From contig JBFWJS010000005.1 of assembly GCA_050253075.1 (NCBI GenBank), forward strand, positions 1 to 64,000: 64,000 nucleotides of DNA, in the 5' to 3' direction. The notes beneath the pieces are model-generated. The model was not told the DNA's origin. It saw only the letters and a program-made list of their open reading frames with translations, and did no database searches. The position numbers and the translations under genes were made by a program. The DNA is from Deferribacterales bacterium. GTDB taxonomy: Bacteria; Chrysiogenota; Deferribacteres; Deferribacterales; Geovibrionaceae. This document shows, in pieces, positions 39,457-50,406 of this stretch; positions within the stretch are counted from its first letter, which is position 1; each line of letters starts with the position of its first letter.

Positions 39457-40535
39457 TGAGTAATAACAAACTGAAAGTAATGGTTGTGGATGATTCGGCT
39501 GTTGTGAGGCAAACCTTGCAGGAAATACTGTCTGCCGACCCCGCAATAGGAGAAGTGGTCTGTTGCGGAGACCCGTTCGCCGCTGCAGAAAGGATGAAGT
39601 TCTTCATACCTGACGTTATAACACTGGATGTTGAAATGCCTAAGATGGACGGCATCACCTTCCTTAAAAAGATAATGACACAGCACCCTATACCCATCGT
39701 GATGTGCTCCAGCCTTACCGAGCATAACTCCGACACGGCGATAAAAGCTCTGGAATACGGCGCTGTTGATATAATACAAAAGCCCAGACTGGGCACCAAA
39801 GCATTTATAGAAGAATCTAAGATACTGATATGCGATGCCGTGAAAGCCGCCGCAAAGGTTGAAGTGCGGAAGATATCGGGTAAAACTTATGAGGTTCAGC
39901 CAAAGCTGACCGCAGACGCCGTGCTCACCGCCGCAACAAGCCACTCCATGATAAAAACAACCGAAAAGGTCATACTTGTCGGCGCATCAACAGGCGGTAC
40001 AGAGGCTCTGTCGGTATTCCTGCAGGGGCTCCCTGCGGACTGCCCCGGGGTCGTGATAGTTCAGCATATGCCTGAGAACTTCACACTTTCATTCGCAAAC
40101 AGGCTCGACAGCCTGTGCCGAGTATCAGTAAAACAGGCGGATTTCGGCGATACTGTACTGCCCGGCAGGGTTTTACTTGCCCCCGGGAATAAGCACCTGC
40201 TGATAAAGAGGAGCGGAGCCAGATACTACGTTGAGACAAAAGAAGGTCCCCTTGTAAGCAGACACAGACCTTCCGTCGATGTGCTCTTCCGCTCGGGAGC
40301 CAGATACGTCGGGAAAAATGCCATCGGAGTCATCCTCACGGGTATGGGCGACGACGGAGCCAGGGGAATGCGTGAGATGAAAGAGGCAGGGGCTTATAAC
40401 ATCGCACAGGATGAAAAGACAAGCATTGTATTCGGTATGCCGAAGATGGCTATAGAGCACGGAGGGGTGGACAGCATACTCCCTCTGCAGGATATTTCAG
40501 GCGCAGTGCTTTATCACTGCAGAACAAACAGCTAG
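39456..40535 (+). CDS. cheB: Chemotaxis methylesterase CheB
   Basis: REC domain plus GASTGG, QHMP and LTGMGDDG. Confidence 0.96.
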   Translation: MSNNKLKVMVVDDSAVVRQTLQEILSADPAIGEVVCCGDPFAAAERMKFFIPDVITLDVEMPKMDGITFLKKIMTQHPIPIVMCSSLTEHNSDTAIKALEYGAVDIIQKPRLGTKAFIEESKILICDAVKAAAKVEVRKISGKTYEVQPKLTADAVLTAATSHSMIKTTEKVILVGASTGGTEALSVFLQGLPADCPGVVIVQHMPENFTLSFANRLDSLCRVSVKQADFGDTVLPGRVLLAPGNKHLLIKRSGARYYVETKEGPLVSRHRPSVDVLFRSGARYVGKNAIGVILTGMGDDGARGMREMKEAGAYNIAQDEKTSIVFGMPKMAIEHGGVDSILPLQDISGAVLYHCRTNS

Positions 40536-40543
40536 GGAAAGGG

Positions 40544-42910
40544 ATGCACGAAGTTTTTTATGACATACTGTCTACACTCACTTCAACAGTTATATTCACA
40601 ATGGTATTTCTCCTTCTTTTCTATATAGAAAAGAACCGATACCTATTCTTCTGGTTTATCAGCTGGGCATGCTTCTCCATTGCACTGACACTGCGTGCAC
40701 TCGCCATAGCAGGCTTTGCCGACAAAGGCGTCTCTGAGCTGAGCATTGCATTCATATATTTCAACAGTGTCTTCATGCTGATGGGAGGGCTCAGCTTCCT
40801 CAACAGCAAAAGGCAGAAGACGGCTCTTTTCAGTCTTATAATATTTGCGATCTTGCTGACACTTCTCGATGCTGTTTTACTGGACAATTCATGCATCAGC
40901 CATACGGTGTTCATCCTGTCGGCTATCATCTATGCATACACAGGGATAAAACTTTATAAAAACACAAAAGACATTGGCTACGGCGGAAAGATAGCAGGGA
41001 TAACACTCTTCTTATGGGGAGTTCATAAGGCAGACTATACCCTCATCGAGCATATGCAGTGGTTTGTCCCTCTGGGATACCACATAGCCGTCGCCCTCAC
41101 ACTCATCACTGCCGTCAGCATTGTTCTCATGCACTTTGAAAAAGTGAAAGTGGATAGAAAGCAGGAGGAATTCCTCTTTAAAAATGTGGCGGAAGCATCG
41201 AAAGACATAGTTTTCATAGTGCGCTACACGCCTAACATGCACGTAGACTTCATCAGCCCAGCAGTGGAAAAGATCACGGGATACACCCCCGACGAGATAA
41301 TGAGATCAAGAGACCTCCAGAACAGATTTGTACTGGACTATATGATAAAGGCACACGGGATAACAAACATAGTGAGCTCCGGTCTGGAGTCCAACATGCA
41401 CAATACCCAGTCAAAATATGCCAAAGACATTATGCTGCAGTATTCATACACAGACTACTTTGCCATGGACGGAAAGCTGGAAAAGACCGTGGGATTTATC
41501 AAAGATGTAACACAGGATGTGCTGGCCCTCGACCAGATCATCGTCAGACAGGACTGGTATGACGCCCTCTTTCATAAATCATCCACCATACAGCTTCTGG
41601 TCAGTATGGAGACGGGATACATCGTAGATGCTAACCAGGCCTTTCTGCAGTCTTACGGATTCGAACCGTCTGAGCTGGAAGAGATGCATTTCAGAGAAAT
41701 ATTCGTCACTAAGAGCGACTCAGAGATATTCATGAACTCGAACAAGCCGACCCCTGTTTCAAAGGTGGTTAAGCACCACGGCAAGAACGGCGGAGTGATG
41801 AATGTCCATCTGACATCCTTCCCCGTGAAGTTCAAAGACAGCAACTATCTATACATCAGCATCATGGACGTTTCAAATGAGGTCCGCTTCAGCACTGCCC
41901 TGCAGAACATCACAAACCAGCACAGTGCCATTCTGAAGTCCCTTAGCGAAGGGGTGATAGGTGTCGATGTGGACGGAGATATCTTCTTCATGAACAGCTT
42001 CGCAGCGGAAAAGCTGGGGATGGAAGAAGATATAATAGGCGTAAACCTCAGGGATATAATAATAAAAGATAAAGATGCAGGCACAAAATTCTCACTTCAT
42101 GAACTCCCCTCTTTCAAGCTGCTCAGTTCATCGGACTTTGAGGTGACAAACAGACAGCATCTGCTGAACCGCAACGGACAAGCCATCCCCGTTGAAATGA
42201 CCATGCGCATGCTGAACACATACGACGGGGACCAGAAATTTGTCCTCGTTTTCAGAGACATCACAAAAGAGCTGGAAAATGAAGAAAGCATGCTGAGACA
42301 AATACAGGAAAACGAAGTGCTCCTGCAGGAAGTGCACCACAGGGTGAAAAATAACCTGCAGATAATATGCAGTCTGCTCTCCCTTCAGGCGGATAAGCTG
42401 GACGACAACGAGCCGAAAAAGTATCTGGACAGCTCCGTAGCAAGGATAAAGTCTATGTCACTCATACACGAACTGCTCTATCAAACAAAAGGTCTGAACG
42501 CCATAAACCTTAAGCAGTACATAGAAAAGCTCATCTTCGACATAAGCAGTACGCTCTCTTTTGAAAACGAGATAACATTCATCACAGATATTCAGGACAT
42601 GACAATATCACTGGACAAGGCTGTGCCGTGCGGACTGATAATCACAGAGCTGATAACCAACTCCATAAAACATGCATACCCAGAAGACACACAGGAAAAA
42701 CAGATCGAAATACGCTTCAAAACCGACGATGAATCAAGCACCCTATGTATAAAAGATAATGGCGTGGGAATAGATACTGAGTTTTCGAGCGACAGCCTCG
42801 GGCTCACTGTCGTGAACTCTCTGGTGCGCCAGCTCAGGGGGAATATCTCTTTTGAAAATGAAAACGGGCTCGCTGTTAAAATAGAGCTTCCGCCGGAATT
42901 CAGAAACTAG
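40544..42910 (+). CDS. Membrane-bound PAS sensor kinase (HisKA_2 type)
   Basis: Multi-TM N-terminus, PAS regions, EVHHRVKNNLQ, ELITNSIKHA. Confidence 0.9.
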   Translation: MHEVFYDILSTLTSTVIFTMVFLLLFYIEKNRYLFFWFISWACFSIALTLRALAIAGFADKGVSELSIAFIYFNSVFMLMGGLSFLNSKRQKTALFSLIIFAILLTLLDAVLLDNSCISHTVFILSAIIYAYTGIKLYKNTKDIGYGGKIAGITLFLWGVHKADYTLIEHMQWFVPLGYHIAVALTLITAVSIVLMHFEKVKVDRKQEEFLFKNVAEASKDIVFIVRYTPNMHVDFISPAVEKITGYTPDEIMRSRDLQNRFVLDYMIKAHGITNIVSSGLESNMHNTQSKYAKDIMLQYSYTDYFAMDGKLEKTVGFIKDVTQDVLALDQIIVRQDWYDALFHKSSTIQLLVSMETGYIVDANQAFLQSYGFEPSELEEMHFREIFVTKSDSEIFMNSNKPTPVSKVVKHHGKNGGVMNVHLTSFPVKFKDSNYLYISIMDVSNEVRFSTALQNITNQHSAILKSLSEGVIGVDVDGDIFFMNSFAAEKLGMEEDIIGVNLRDIIIKDKDAGTKFSLHELPSFKLLSSSDFEVTNRQHLLNRNGQAIPVEMTMRMLNTYDGDQKFVLVFRDITKELENEESMLRQIQENEVLLQEVHHRVKNNLQIICSLLSLQADKLDDNEPKKYLDSSVARIKSMSLIHELLYQTKGLNAINLKQYIEKLIFDISSTLSFENEITFITDIQDMTISLDKAVPCGLIITELITNSIKHAYPEDTQEKQIEIRFKTDDESSTLCIKDNGVGIDTEFSSDSLGLTVVNSLVRQLRGNISFENENGLAVKIELPPEFRN

Positions 42911-43794
42911 CCTTTACGCAGTTTTCCTATATTCAGCGTCGTCAGCAGGATACCCGTAAATATGAACCCGATACCCTTCAGATGAAATCCCATAAGTGAC
43001 TCACCTAAAAATATCACAGCGAGTATTGTGCTGAAGACAGGCATAAGGTGTACGAAAGGACCTGCCTTATTCGCTCCGACATCACGCACAGCCTTATTCC
43101 AGAAGAGGAATGCTATGACAGAGGCAAAGAGCCCCACATAAAGCACGGAAGCGATAGTAGGCGTGTTAAAATGAACGGGTCTGCCCCCGAATGTCTCATG
43201 CAGATAAAACGGCAGAAGTATCAAAACGCCTATCATGGAGATAGCTGTAAGGTATGCTATAGGATTGAGCTCTTTAGGGAATTTCTTAAGATTTACAGAA
43301 TAAGCAGCCCATACAAAAGCCGCAACGAGAACCACAAGGTCGCCCCTGTTGAAAGAGAGCGAACGAAGAGTCTCCACATCACCCTTTGCAATGATGTATA
43401 CCACACCGCCGAGGGATATGATGATCCCCGCAGCCTGCCTGATGCTAACCCTGTCTCTGAACATAAACCATGATACGGCAACGATAATAACAGGGATGCA
43501 GGAATTCACCAGCACGGCATTTATCGCCGTAGTGGTCTGTGTCGCCACGTATATCATAGTATTAAAGCATGCAATGCCCAGCACCGCCTGCACCAGAAGA
43601 TATTTGAAATTCTTCTTAAGCTCAGGTATCTGCTTCAGCATGTAAGGCAGACCGAAAGGCAGCAGTATAAGCCCCGCCACAACCCAGCGGTAAAAAGCCA
43701 GACCGAAAGGAGGGATAACATCGTGCATCCCCCTGCTGAGGACAAAGTTTCCCGACCATATAAGTGCGCTCAATACTAAAAACAGATAAGACAT
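42907..43794 (-). CDS. DMT/EamA-family transporter
   Basis: LIWSGNF, about 10 hydrophobic segments, LMPVFSTILAVIFLGE; start moved to MSYLF. Confidence 0.88.
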   Translation of the reverse strand: MSYLFLVLSALIWSGNFVLSRGMHDVIPPFGLAFYRWVVAGLILLPFGLPYMLKQIPELKKNFKYLLVQAVLGIACFNTMIYVATQTTTAINAVLVNSCIPVIIVAVSWFMFRDRVSIRQAAGIIISLGGVVYIIAKGDVETLRSLSFNRGDLVVLVAAFVWAAYSVNLKKFPKELNPIAYLTAISMIGVLILLPFYLHETFGGRPVHFNTPTIASVLYVGLFASVIAFLFWNKAVRDVGANKAGPFVHLMPVFSTILAVIFLGESLMGFHLKGIGFIFTGILLTTLNIGKLRKG

Positions 43795-43884
43795 AGCTAA
43801 AACCTGCGATATTTTAATAAACCAAGCATCCATTGCGACGTATACATTACCGCTATGAAAAACAAAACTCAACGCTAAATTATG

Positions 43885-43917
43885 AAAAAAACCGGGTGCA
43901 CTTTCATACACCCGGTG
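43885..43917 (-). terminator. Intrinsic terminator downstream of the TRAP genes
   Basis: A tract-ACCGGGTG…CACCCGGT. Confidence 0.65.
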
Positions 43918-43959
43918 TCCAAAAGGACCATCATGTCAATATAGGTTGGGTCGTAAACC

Positions 43960-45243
43960 TTAGTTAGCAAAAAGATTAGGCAGAAACAGCGTGATCTGGG
44001 GCACGTATGTAAGCACCAGAAGCACCACTATCATAGCCAGCAGGAACGGAAGAACCCCCTTCGACACATCCTCCAGAGTTATCTCCGACACTCGTGCAGA
44101 GACAAAGAGGTTCAGCCCCAGAGGCGGAGTGATGAAACCTATCGCAAGGTTCACTATCATAACAACGCCGAAGTGAACCGGATCTATACCCACAGCCAGA
44201 ACAACAGGCAGGAGTATAGGCGAAAGGATGATGATAGCCGCCAGTGTCTCCATAAAACAGCCCACGACAAGGAGCATAAGGTTTATGAAGATAAGTATCA
44301 TTATAGGATTGTCTGTGATATGCGTGATATATTTCGCTATCATCACGGGGATGCCCTCAATGGCGAGCACCCTGCCGAATACCGTGGCAGTACCGACAAT
44401 GATCATTACTGTGGCTGTTGTCAGTGCGGATTTGCTGATCACATGATACAGCTCTCCCCACTTGAGGTCTTTATAAACGAACATGCCGACGAAAAATCCG
44501 TAAAGCACCGCAACGGCAGCCGCCTCTGTCGGTGTGAATATACCGCCGTAGATACCGCCGAGGATGATAACGGGCACCATGATGGCCCACTTTGCATCAT
44601 ATATGATGGCAAGTATTTCTTTTGCGGTGTAATGGTGTTTTTCGCCGTGATAGCCTGATTTTTTAGATTTATAATAGCTGACACCCATGAGCACGGCGCC
44701 GATGAAAAGCCCCGGGATGATACCCGCAAGGAACATCTGGCTGACCGATACGCTGGCAGAGATGCCGTATATTACCATTGGAATGCTCGGAGGTATTACC
44801 ACCCCGATGCAGCCGGCAGAAGCAACGAGCCCCGCCGAAAAGTTCCTGTTGTACCCTCTGGCAGCCATAGCAGGGAACATGATCCCCCCGATGGCGGCAA
44901 CTGTCGCAGGGCCGGAACCCGAGATAGCGGCAAAGAACATGCAGGTAGCCACAGCCACAAGGGCGAGACCGCCTGTGAAACGTCCGAATATGATATCACC
45001 CACATCAAGCAGCCTCTTTGAAAGCCCGCCGTGCCCCATAAGGTCGCCGGCGAGGATAAAGAACGGAACCGCCATCAGAGGGAACGAGTCTATGGATGTA
45101 ACAAGGCTCTGAGCGAGGTAGCTGCTGTCCACGAGCCCGCCGTATATCAGCGCACCCATAGAAGCCGTACCGAGGGCTATACCCACAGGCACGTTTACCA
45201 CGAGGAAGAAGACGAATGTGCCGAACAGTATTAAAGCGGTCAT
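43960..45243 (-). CDS. dctM: TRAP transporter large permease
   Basis: AVPFFILAG, ISGSGPA, IPPSIPM, FTPTEAA, ITPPLG. Confidence 0.95.
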   Translation of the reverse strand: MTALILFGTFVFFLVVNVPVGIALGTASMGALIYGGLVDSSYLAQSLVTSIDSFPLMAVPFFILAGDLMGHGGLSKRLLDVGDIIFGRFTGGLALVAVATCMFFAAISGSGPATVAAIGGIMFPAMAARGYNRNFSAGLVASAGCIGVVIPPSIPMVIYGISASVSVSQMFLAGIIPGLFIGAVLMGVSYYKSKKSGYHGEKHHYTAKEILAIIYDAKWAIMVPVIILGGIYGGIFTPTEAAAVAVLYGFFVGMFVYKDLKWGELYHVISKSALTTATVMIIVGTATVFGRVLAIEGIPVMIAKYITHITDNPIMILIFINLMLLVVGCFMETLAAIIILSPILLPVVLAVGIDPVHFGVVMIVNLAIGFITPPLGLNLFVSARVSEITLEDVSKGVLPFLLAMIVVLLVLTYVPQITLFLPNLFAN

Positions 45244-45731
45244 TTCTGCTCCTCCTTAACATTCAGCTCCTTGATGTTTTTGATCAAACTCTGGATAAGA
45301 CGTATAAAAACGAGCAGGAAGCCCACGGCAGGTGCGAGGTAGACATATCCCATAGGGATGCCCATCGCAGGCGAGCTCTGACCGAAATTAAATATCTTCA
45401 TACTGAGGATAAAGCCCTCCTTTACCACCATAAGGGCAAAGACGAGGAATATTACGTTGGAAAAGATATAGACATACTTCTTCACCTTAGGAGGCATAAA
45501 CATCACGGCGGCTTCCACCCTGATGTGTGCATGTCTTTTCACAGCATAGCTGACACCAATGTAAGAGACCCAGATAAACAGGTATCTGGCGAGCTCTTCT
45601 GACCATGTAAGCGATTCCTGCACTACGTAGCGCATAAATATCTGCACACCGATGATTATACTCATAGCCGAGAGGAGTACGACGAGTACTGCCTCTTCAA
45701 AGTGTTCGTCCAGGTAGTGTAAAATCTTCAT
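45240..45731 (-). CDS. dctQ: TRAP transporter small permease
   Basis: WSEELARYLFIW…HIRV; four TMs. Confidence 0.93.
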   Translation of the reverse strand: MKILHYLDEHFEEAVLVVLLSAMSIIIGVQIFMRYVVQESLTWSEELARYLFIWVSYIGVSYAVKRHAHIRVEAAVMFMPPKVKKYVYIFSNVIFLVFALMVVKEGFILSMKIFNFGQSSPAMGIPMGYVYLAPAVGFLLVFIRLIQSLIKNIKELNVKEEQK

Positions 45732-45823
45732 AAAACTCTCCGTTTAAAACAGCTAAGGTGCGGCACCTTAAAAAAGTGCTGCCGCTCAGATCAATAAGCG
45801 GCAGCATACTAAGAGAGGTGTAT

Positions 45824-46789
45824 TTATTCTGCTGTAGCAGCAGCTATAACTTTCTCTACTATTTCGGCTCCGGCTTTCGCTTTCACCTTTTCGTATACAG
45901 GGCCCATTTTGCTTCTAAAAGCGTCTTTCTCTTCAGGAGTGAGCTCTATGAACTCGATAGTTCCTTCCATAGCTTTCTCTGCGTCGATATCTTTCTGCTG
46001 AGCCATATTTCTTTCAAAACCTTTAGCAGCTTCCACTGCATCGAGGATAATCTTCTGGTCTTCAGGGCTGAAGCTGTTGAAGAGGTCGAGGTTCATCATG
46101 ATAACAAAAGGAGAGTACAGGTGTGCTGTCTTTGTTATGTATTTCTGAACTTCGTAGTACTTCATTTCGTAGAAGAGGTTGATAGGTGTCTCCTGAGCAT
46201 CGAATGTTCCCTGCTGAAGAGCAGTGAAGAGTTCGCCGAAAGCGAGCGGAGCAGGGTTATGCACTGGACGTTTGCTGTTGCTGAAGTTTCTGAATCCGTT
46301 TTCCCAGAAGCCGAGACCTTTGATGTTGATCTTCTCCATGTTTTTAAGCATTTCCTGACCTACAGGTCCGTCGAGCACTCTGTAAACGCTTGCTCTGTCT
46401 TTAAAGAGGAAAGGCATGTCAAGAGCGAAGAACTCTTTCTGGAAAGCCGCAACAGGTGCAGATGAAACGAAGCACATGTTTACGTTGCCGAGCTGAACGC
46501 CTTCCACAAGCTCTCTCTCGCTTCCGAGCTGAGCATTAGGATAGATCTCTGTTGTGATCCTGCCGTTTGTTTCTTTGGCTACGATCTCGCCGAACATCTC
46601 AAGAGCTTTGTGTCCGGGGTTTGACTCAGATGCGGCATGAGCCATTTTGATAACAACTTTCTTCTCTGCTTTAGACTCTGCGCTTTCTTCCTTGCTGCTG
46701 GAGCAGCCTGTGAGGAGCATGAGCCCCGCAGCGAGCATAAGCATAAGCGTCACTTTAAGACGCACTGATACTGTAAGAATCCTTTTCAT
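45824..46789 (-). CDS. dctP: TRAP solute-binding lipoprotein with an apparent in-frame internal deletion
   Basis: YPNAQLG, WENGFR and ALQQGTFDAQE present; the usual DLKGLKIR…GA segment between RPVHNP and APLAFGE is missing. Confidence 0.85.
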   Translation of the reverse strand: MKRILTVSVRLKVTLMLMLAAGLMLLTGCSSSKEESAESKAEKKVVIKMAHAASESNPGHKALEMFGEIVAKETNGRITTEIYPNAQLGSERELVEGVQLGNVNMCFVSSAPVAAFQKEFFALDMPFLFKDRASVYRVLDGPVGQEMLKNMEKINIKGLGFWENGFRNFSNSKRPVHNPAPLAFGELFTALQQGTFDAQETPINLFYEMKYYEVQKYITKTAHLYSPFVIMMNLDLFNSFSPEDQKIILDAVEAAKGFERNMAQQKDIDAEKAMEGTIEFIELTPEEKDAFRSKMGPVYEKVKAKAGAEIVEKVIAAATAE

Positions 46790-46928
46790 AGTTTAACTCC
46801 TTGTGCTTCCATATGAAGCCGGTAATTAAAAATCTTATTTGCTGCTGTAAACGGTTATATTTACAGCTTTTTTACGGAACATTCATGAGGCGTACCGAAC
46901 AGCACATTTACCTGTATTATTCAAATAG

Positions 46929-47702
46929 TCACCCCACTGATTTCAGTTTTTCTGTAATCAAAACTGACGCCTCTTTGACCTTAGCGATATAGTTTTCGAG
47001 ATCACTCTCCATCCTTTCCTTCGGGCCGGAGACACTGACTGCGGCAACGGTCTTCCCATCTGCATCCTTGATGGGAGCCGCCACACACTTCAGTCCGTAT
47101 TCTATCTCTTCATCATCGATGGCGTATCCCGCCTCTCTGATCTTTTTTAATTCTTCGTCCAGCCTTGCTCTGTCCGTGATGGTGTGTTCTGTTTCTTTCG
47201 GCAGTCCCCATTCCTCCACGACATTATTAAGCTGTTTATCACTGAGAGCCGCCAAAAGCACCTTGCCCACACCTGAGCAGTGGCAGTTCAGCGAAGAGCC
47301 CACCCGAGACATAATGCGCAGTGCTCTCTTTTCGCTCTCGATCTTATCTATGTACAGCGCCTGCCCGTTATGCATAACAGCGAGGTGCACTGTCTCTCCG
47401 CACTTTCTGCAGAGCTCCTCGACAAAAGGCTTTGCCGCTGTGCGTATATGCCCGTAAGACTCTGCGAGCTGCCCCAGGCAGTATATGCCGAAGCCGAGCT
47501 TATACGTCTGCGTACCTTCCACCCTCTCGAGGAATGCCGCCTCTTCGAGGTTTCGGATCAGTCTGAGGGTCGAGCTTTTGTTATAAGCCAGCTTCTCGCT
47601 GATCTCCTTTACTGTCAGTGTCTTTCCCCGTTTGTCGAACAGACCCAGTATATTAAATGTCTTTTCCAGAACCTTAACCCTGTAAGTCTCATATGTCGGC
47701 AT
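46929..47702 (-). CDS. IclR-family transcriptional regulator
   Basis: N-terminal HTH; HCSGVGKVLLA; GYAIDDEE…CVAAPI. Confidence 0.95.
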   Translation of the reverse strand: MPTYETYRVKVLEKTFNILGLFDKRGKTLTVKEISEKLAYNKSSTLRLIRNLEEAAFLERVEGTQTYKLGFGIYCLGQLAESYGHIRTAAKPFVEELCRKCGETVHLAVMHNGQALYIDKIESEKRALRIMSRVGSSLNCHCSGVGKVLLAALSDKQLNNVVEEWGLPKETEHTITDRARLDEELKKIREAGYAIDDEEIEYGLKCVAAPIKDADGKTVAAVSVSGPKERMESDLENYIAKVKEASVLITEKLKSVG

Positions 47703-47771
47703 AGTACTCTCCAAATAAATTTTACATTATGAAACTTTTACTTCATCCACGTGCCGTACACAAGTGTTTTC

Positions 47772-49001
47772 CTATTTCAGAACACCTGCGATAAGCTCTA
47801 CAGGGTGTACGAGCCGCATGTTGTCGCCATCTTCGAGAGAGCCTGTCAGGTTTATCCTGCATCCCGGACAACCCGTAGCCCAGAGCTCTGCCCCTGTGGC
47901 CCTTGCGGCAGCAAGTTTCTTGTCTGTCATCTGCTTTGACAGTTCAGGAAAATCGTAAAAGAATGTCCCCCCTCCGCCGCAGCACTCGTCATAACCTCTC
48001 GACTGTACGTATTCGATTACGGGGATCCTATTCAGAAGTTTCAGTGCGTCGGCGCTCCCGCCATGATTACGTTCGTGACATGGCGCATGATACGTTACTT
48101 TCACTTTTTCCTTATCTTTATCTATGCTGTTTTCCAGCCATTCATAATTCTCGTTTATGAAGCGGAGCAGGTCTCGGGATTTCGCCCTCAGCCCTGCCGC
48201 ACCGTCCGTGCTCTCTCCCAGCTCTGCCATCACCTTTTCATATCCTGACGTCAGTGCCGAGCCGCATGTGGTGCAGTCTGTTATAACTGTTTCCGCTTCT
48301 CTGAAAAGCTCGATATTCTTCTGTATGTTTCCCGCCGAGGTTTCCACAGCACCTTTCAGATACATGGGCAGACCACAGCAGACCTGTTCCCTCACTATCT
48401 TCACCCGCAGCCCCATAGCATTCAGAACCTTTACGGTGCTTTCAGCCACCGAGCCGTAGAGATAGTTTGTACTGCACCCTATGAAGTAGTGCACCGTGCC
48501 TCTGACTTCCCCGCCCGAAGGTTCTGCAACTTCGGGCAGAGAGTCCCGCATCGGCTGTTTGTTCAGTCTCGGCATGGAGGAAATCTTTACATTTCCGAGC
48601 CTGATATCCTTATATAGTTTTTCAAAGACGGCGTTCTGACCTTTTGAGGCTATCGCCGCCGATATTTTCAGCTTATTTTCATGGCTGAGGAGGTGAAAGA
48701 AGAGCCTCTTCTTCCAGTCTTCGCCGTGTTCCTGCTTCATGCTTTTACGCATGCTTATATATAGAGCCTCGTGGTCTATCCCGCTGGGGCAGTACATTGT
48801 GCATGCACCGCACATCAGGCACTTTGAGACCACTTTCTGGAGGTTTTTCGAGGTCTCCAGCCCTCCGTCGGTGTATCTCCTGATCAGCTGAACCTTACCT
48901 CTGGGGGTGGTCATCTCTGTCAGGTCTTCCTGATACACGGGGCAGGTCTGTATGCATATTCCGCATTTCCCGCATTTGTATGTCTGCTCCATTGCTTTCA
49001 T
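47772..49001 (-). CDS. GlcF-like Fe-S oxidoreductase subunit (two 4Fe-4S motifs, two CCG domains)
   Basis: CGKCGICIQTCP, CLMCGACTMYCP, VCCG and ECCGGGG. Confidence 0.88.
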   Translation of the reverse strand: MKAMEQTYKCGKCGICIQTCPVYQEDLTEMTTPRGKVQLIRRYTDGGLETSKNLQKVVSKCLMCGACTMYCPSGIDHEALYISMRKSMKQEHGEDWKKRLFFHLLSHENKLKISAAIASKGQNAVFEKLYKDIRLGNVKISSMPRLNKQPMRDSLPEVAEPSGGEVRGTVHYFIGCSTNYLYGSVAESTVKVLNAMGLRVKIVREQVCCGLPMYLKGAVETSAGNIQKNIELFREAETVITDCTTCGSALTSGYEKVMAELGESTDGAAGLRAKSRDLLRFINENYEWLENSIDKDKEKVKVTYHAPCHERNHGGSADALKLLNRIPVIEYVQSRGYDECCGGGGTFFYDFPELSKQMTDKKLAAARATGAELWATGCPGCRINLTGSLEDGDNMRLVHPVELIAGVLK

Positions 49002-49014
49002 ACGTCACCGCACA

Positions 49015-50388
49015 TCAGACAGATTTACCGGGGTTCAGTATCCCCGCAGGGTCCAATGTTTTCTTGATCAGAGCCGTCAGGTCTCTTGTATTCTCGTCTA
49101 TCACAAGGGGGAGGAAGGCCTTCTTCGCCAGCCCTATCCCGTGCTCGCCCGAAAGGGTTCCGCGCAGTTCCACGGCCAGTTTGAAAATCTCTTCGGTGGC
49201 TTTTTCCACCCTCTCCCACTCTTCTTTATCTCTTATGTCCGTCACTATAACAGGATGCATGTTCCCGTCGCCCGCATGCGCTACTAGTCCGGCAGTAATT
49301 TTATATTTTAAAAGGATCTTACGAACACCTTTTATCATAATCGGCACGTTGCTGACAGGAACAGTCGCATCCTCTGTTATGCAGTTTGGAGCCAGTTTGG
49401 AAAGGATACCGTGTACCGCTCTGCGTGCTTTCCACAGCGCTTCCCTCTCCTGCTCGTCTTTTGCAACTTTTATTTCCTTTGCTCCGCAGCCTCTCGCTAT
49501 CTCTATTATCCTGTCCGCCTGTTTAACCACACCCTCGGCCACACCGTCGACCTCTATGATAAGCATCCCCTCGACATCCCTCGGGAGCCCCAGCTTCGCC
49601 GAGTCTTCCACCAGATTCATGGTCACCTTATCCATCAGCTCCATAGCAGCGGGCACTATGCCTGTCGCCATGACGGCTTTCACTGTCTCTGCCGTATTAT
49701 CCAGATCGTCGTAATACGCCAGAATGGTCTTATAGGCTTCGGGCTGTGCGACTATGCGCAGTGTTGCCTCTGTCACTATGCCCAGAGAACCCTCCGAACC
49801 GCAGAAGAGGCTGGAAAGCCTCAGCCCTGTGACATCCTTTACATTACAGCTCCCCGTGCGTATAACACGCCCGTCGGAGAGCACAGCCTCGAGACCGAGT
49901 ATATAGTCGGCTGTTACGCCGTATTTAAGGCATCTTGGTCCGCCCGCATTTTCGGCAATGTTTCCTCCGATGGTGGAAAAGCCCATGCTCGAAGGATCAG
50001 GCGGAAAGAAATAGTTCTGTTCTGCTAATGCTTTCTGAAGATTTGCATTTATCACGCCAGGCTCCACCACGGCGAATCTGTCGCCGAAGTTGAGCTCTTT
50101 TATCTTGTTCATCTTTGTCAGGTTAAGTATCAGTCCGCCTTCCACGGCGACTGTCCCGCCGGAGAGGTTTGACCCTCCGCCACGGGGCACCACGGGTATC
50201 TTATTTTCAAAGGCGATCTTCATTATCTCCGAGACCTCCCCCGTAGTAAGGGGGAATACGACTGCATCCGGTGCGGATTCCTCAACGAATCCGTCGTATG
50301 AATATGCCGCTATCGTCTCGTTATCATCCATGAAGCGCTCTGCTCCGACGATCTTGATAATGCTTTCTCTGATATCTTTGGCTAACAT
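49015..50388 (-). CDS. GlcD-like FAD-linked 2-hydroxyacid oxidoreductase
   Basis: PRGGGSNLSGG, PPDPSS, ENAGG, HAGDGNMHP, SGEHGIG, LNPGK. Confidence 0.9.
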   Translation of the reverse strand: MLAKDIRESIIKIVGAERFMDDNETIAAYSYDGFVEESAPDAVVFPLTTGEVSEIMKIAFENKIPVVPRGGGSNLSGGTVAVEGGLILNLTKMNKIKELNFGDRFAVVEPGVINANLQKALAEQNYFFPPDPSSMGFSTIGGNIAENAGGPRCLKYGVTADYILGLEAVLSDGRVIRTGSCNVKDVTGLRLSSLFCGSEGSLGIVTEATLRIVAQPEAYKTILAYYDDLDNTAETVKAVMATGIVPAAMELMDKVTMNLVEDSAKLGLPRDVEGMLIIEVDGVAEGVVKQADRIIEIARGCGAKEIKVAKDEQEREALWKARRAVHGILSKLAPNCITEDATVPVSNVPIMIKGVRKILLKYKITAGLVAHAGDGNMHPVIVTDIRDKEEWERVEKATEEIFKLAVELRGTLSGEHGIGLAKKAFLPLVIDENTRDLTALIKKTLDPAGILNPGKSV

Positions 50389-50406
50389 TATGACTCCCGT
50401 TTACCT

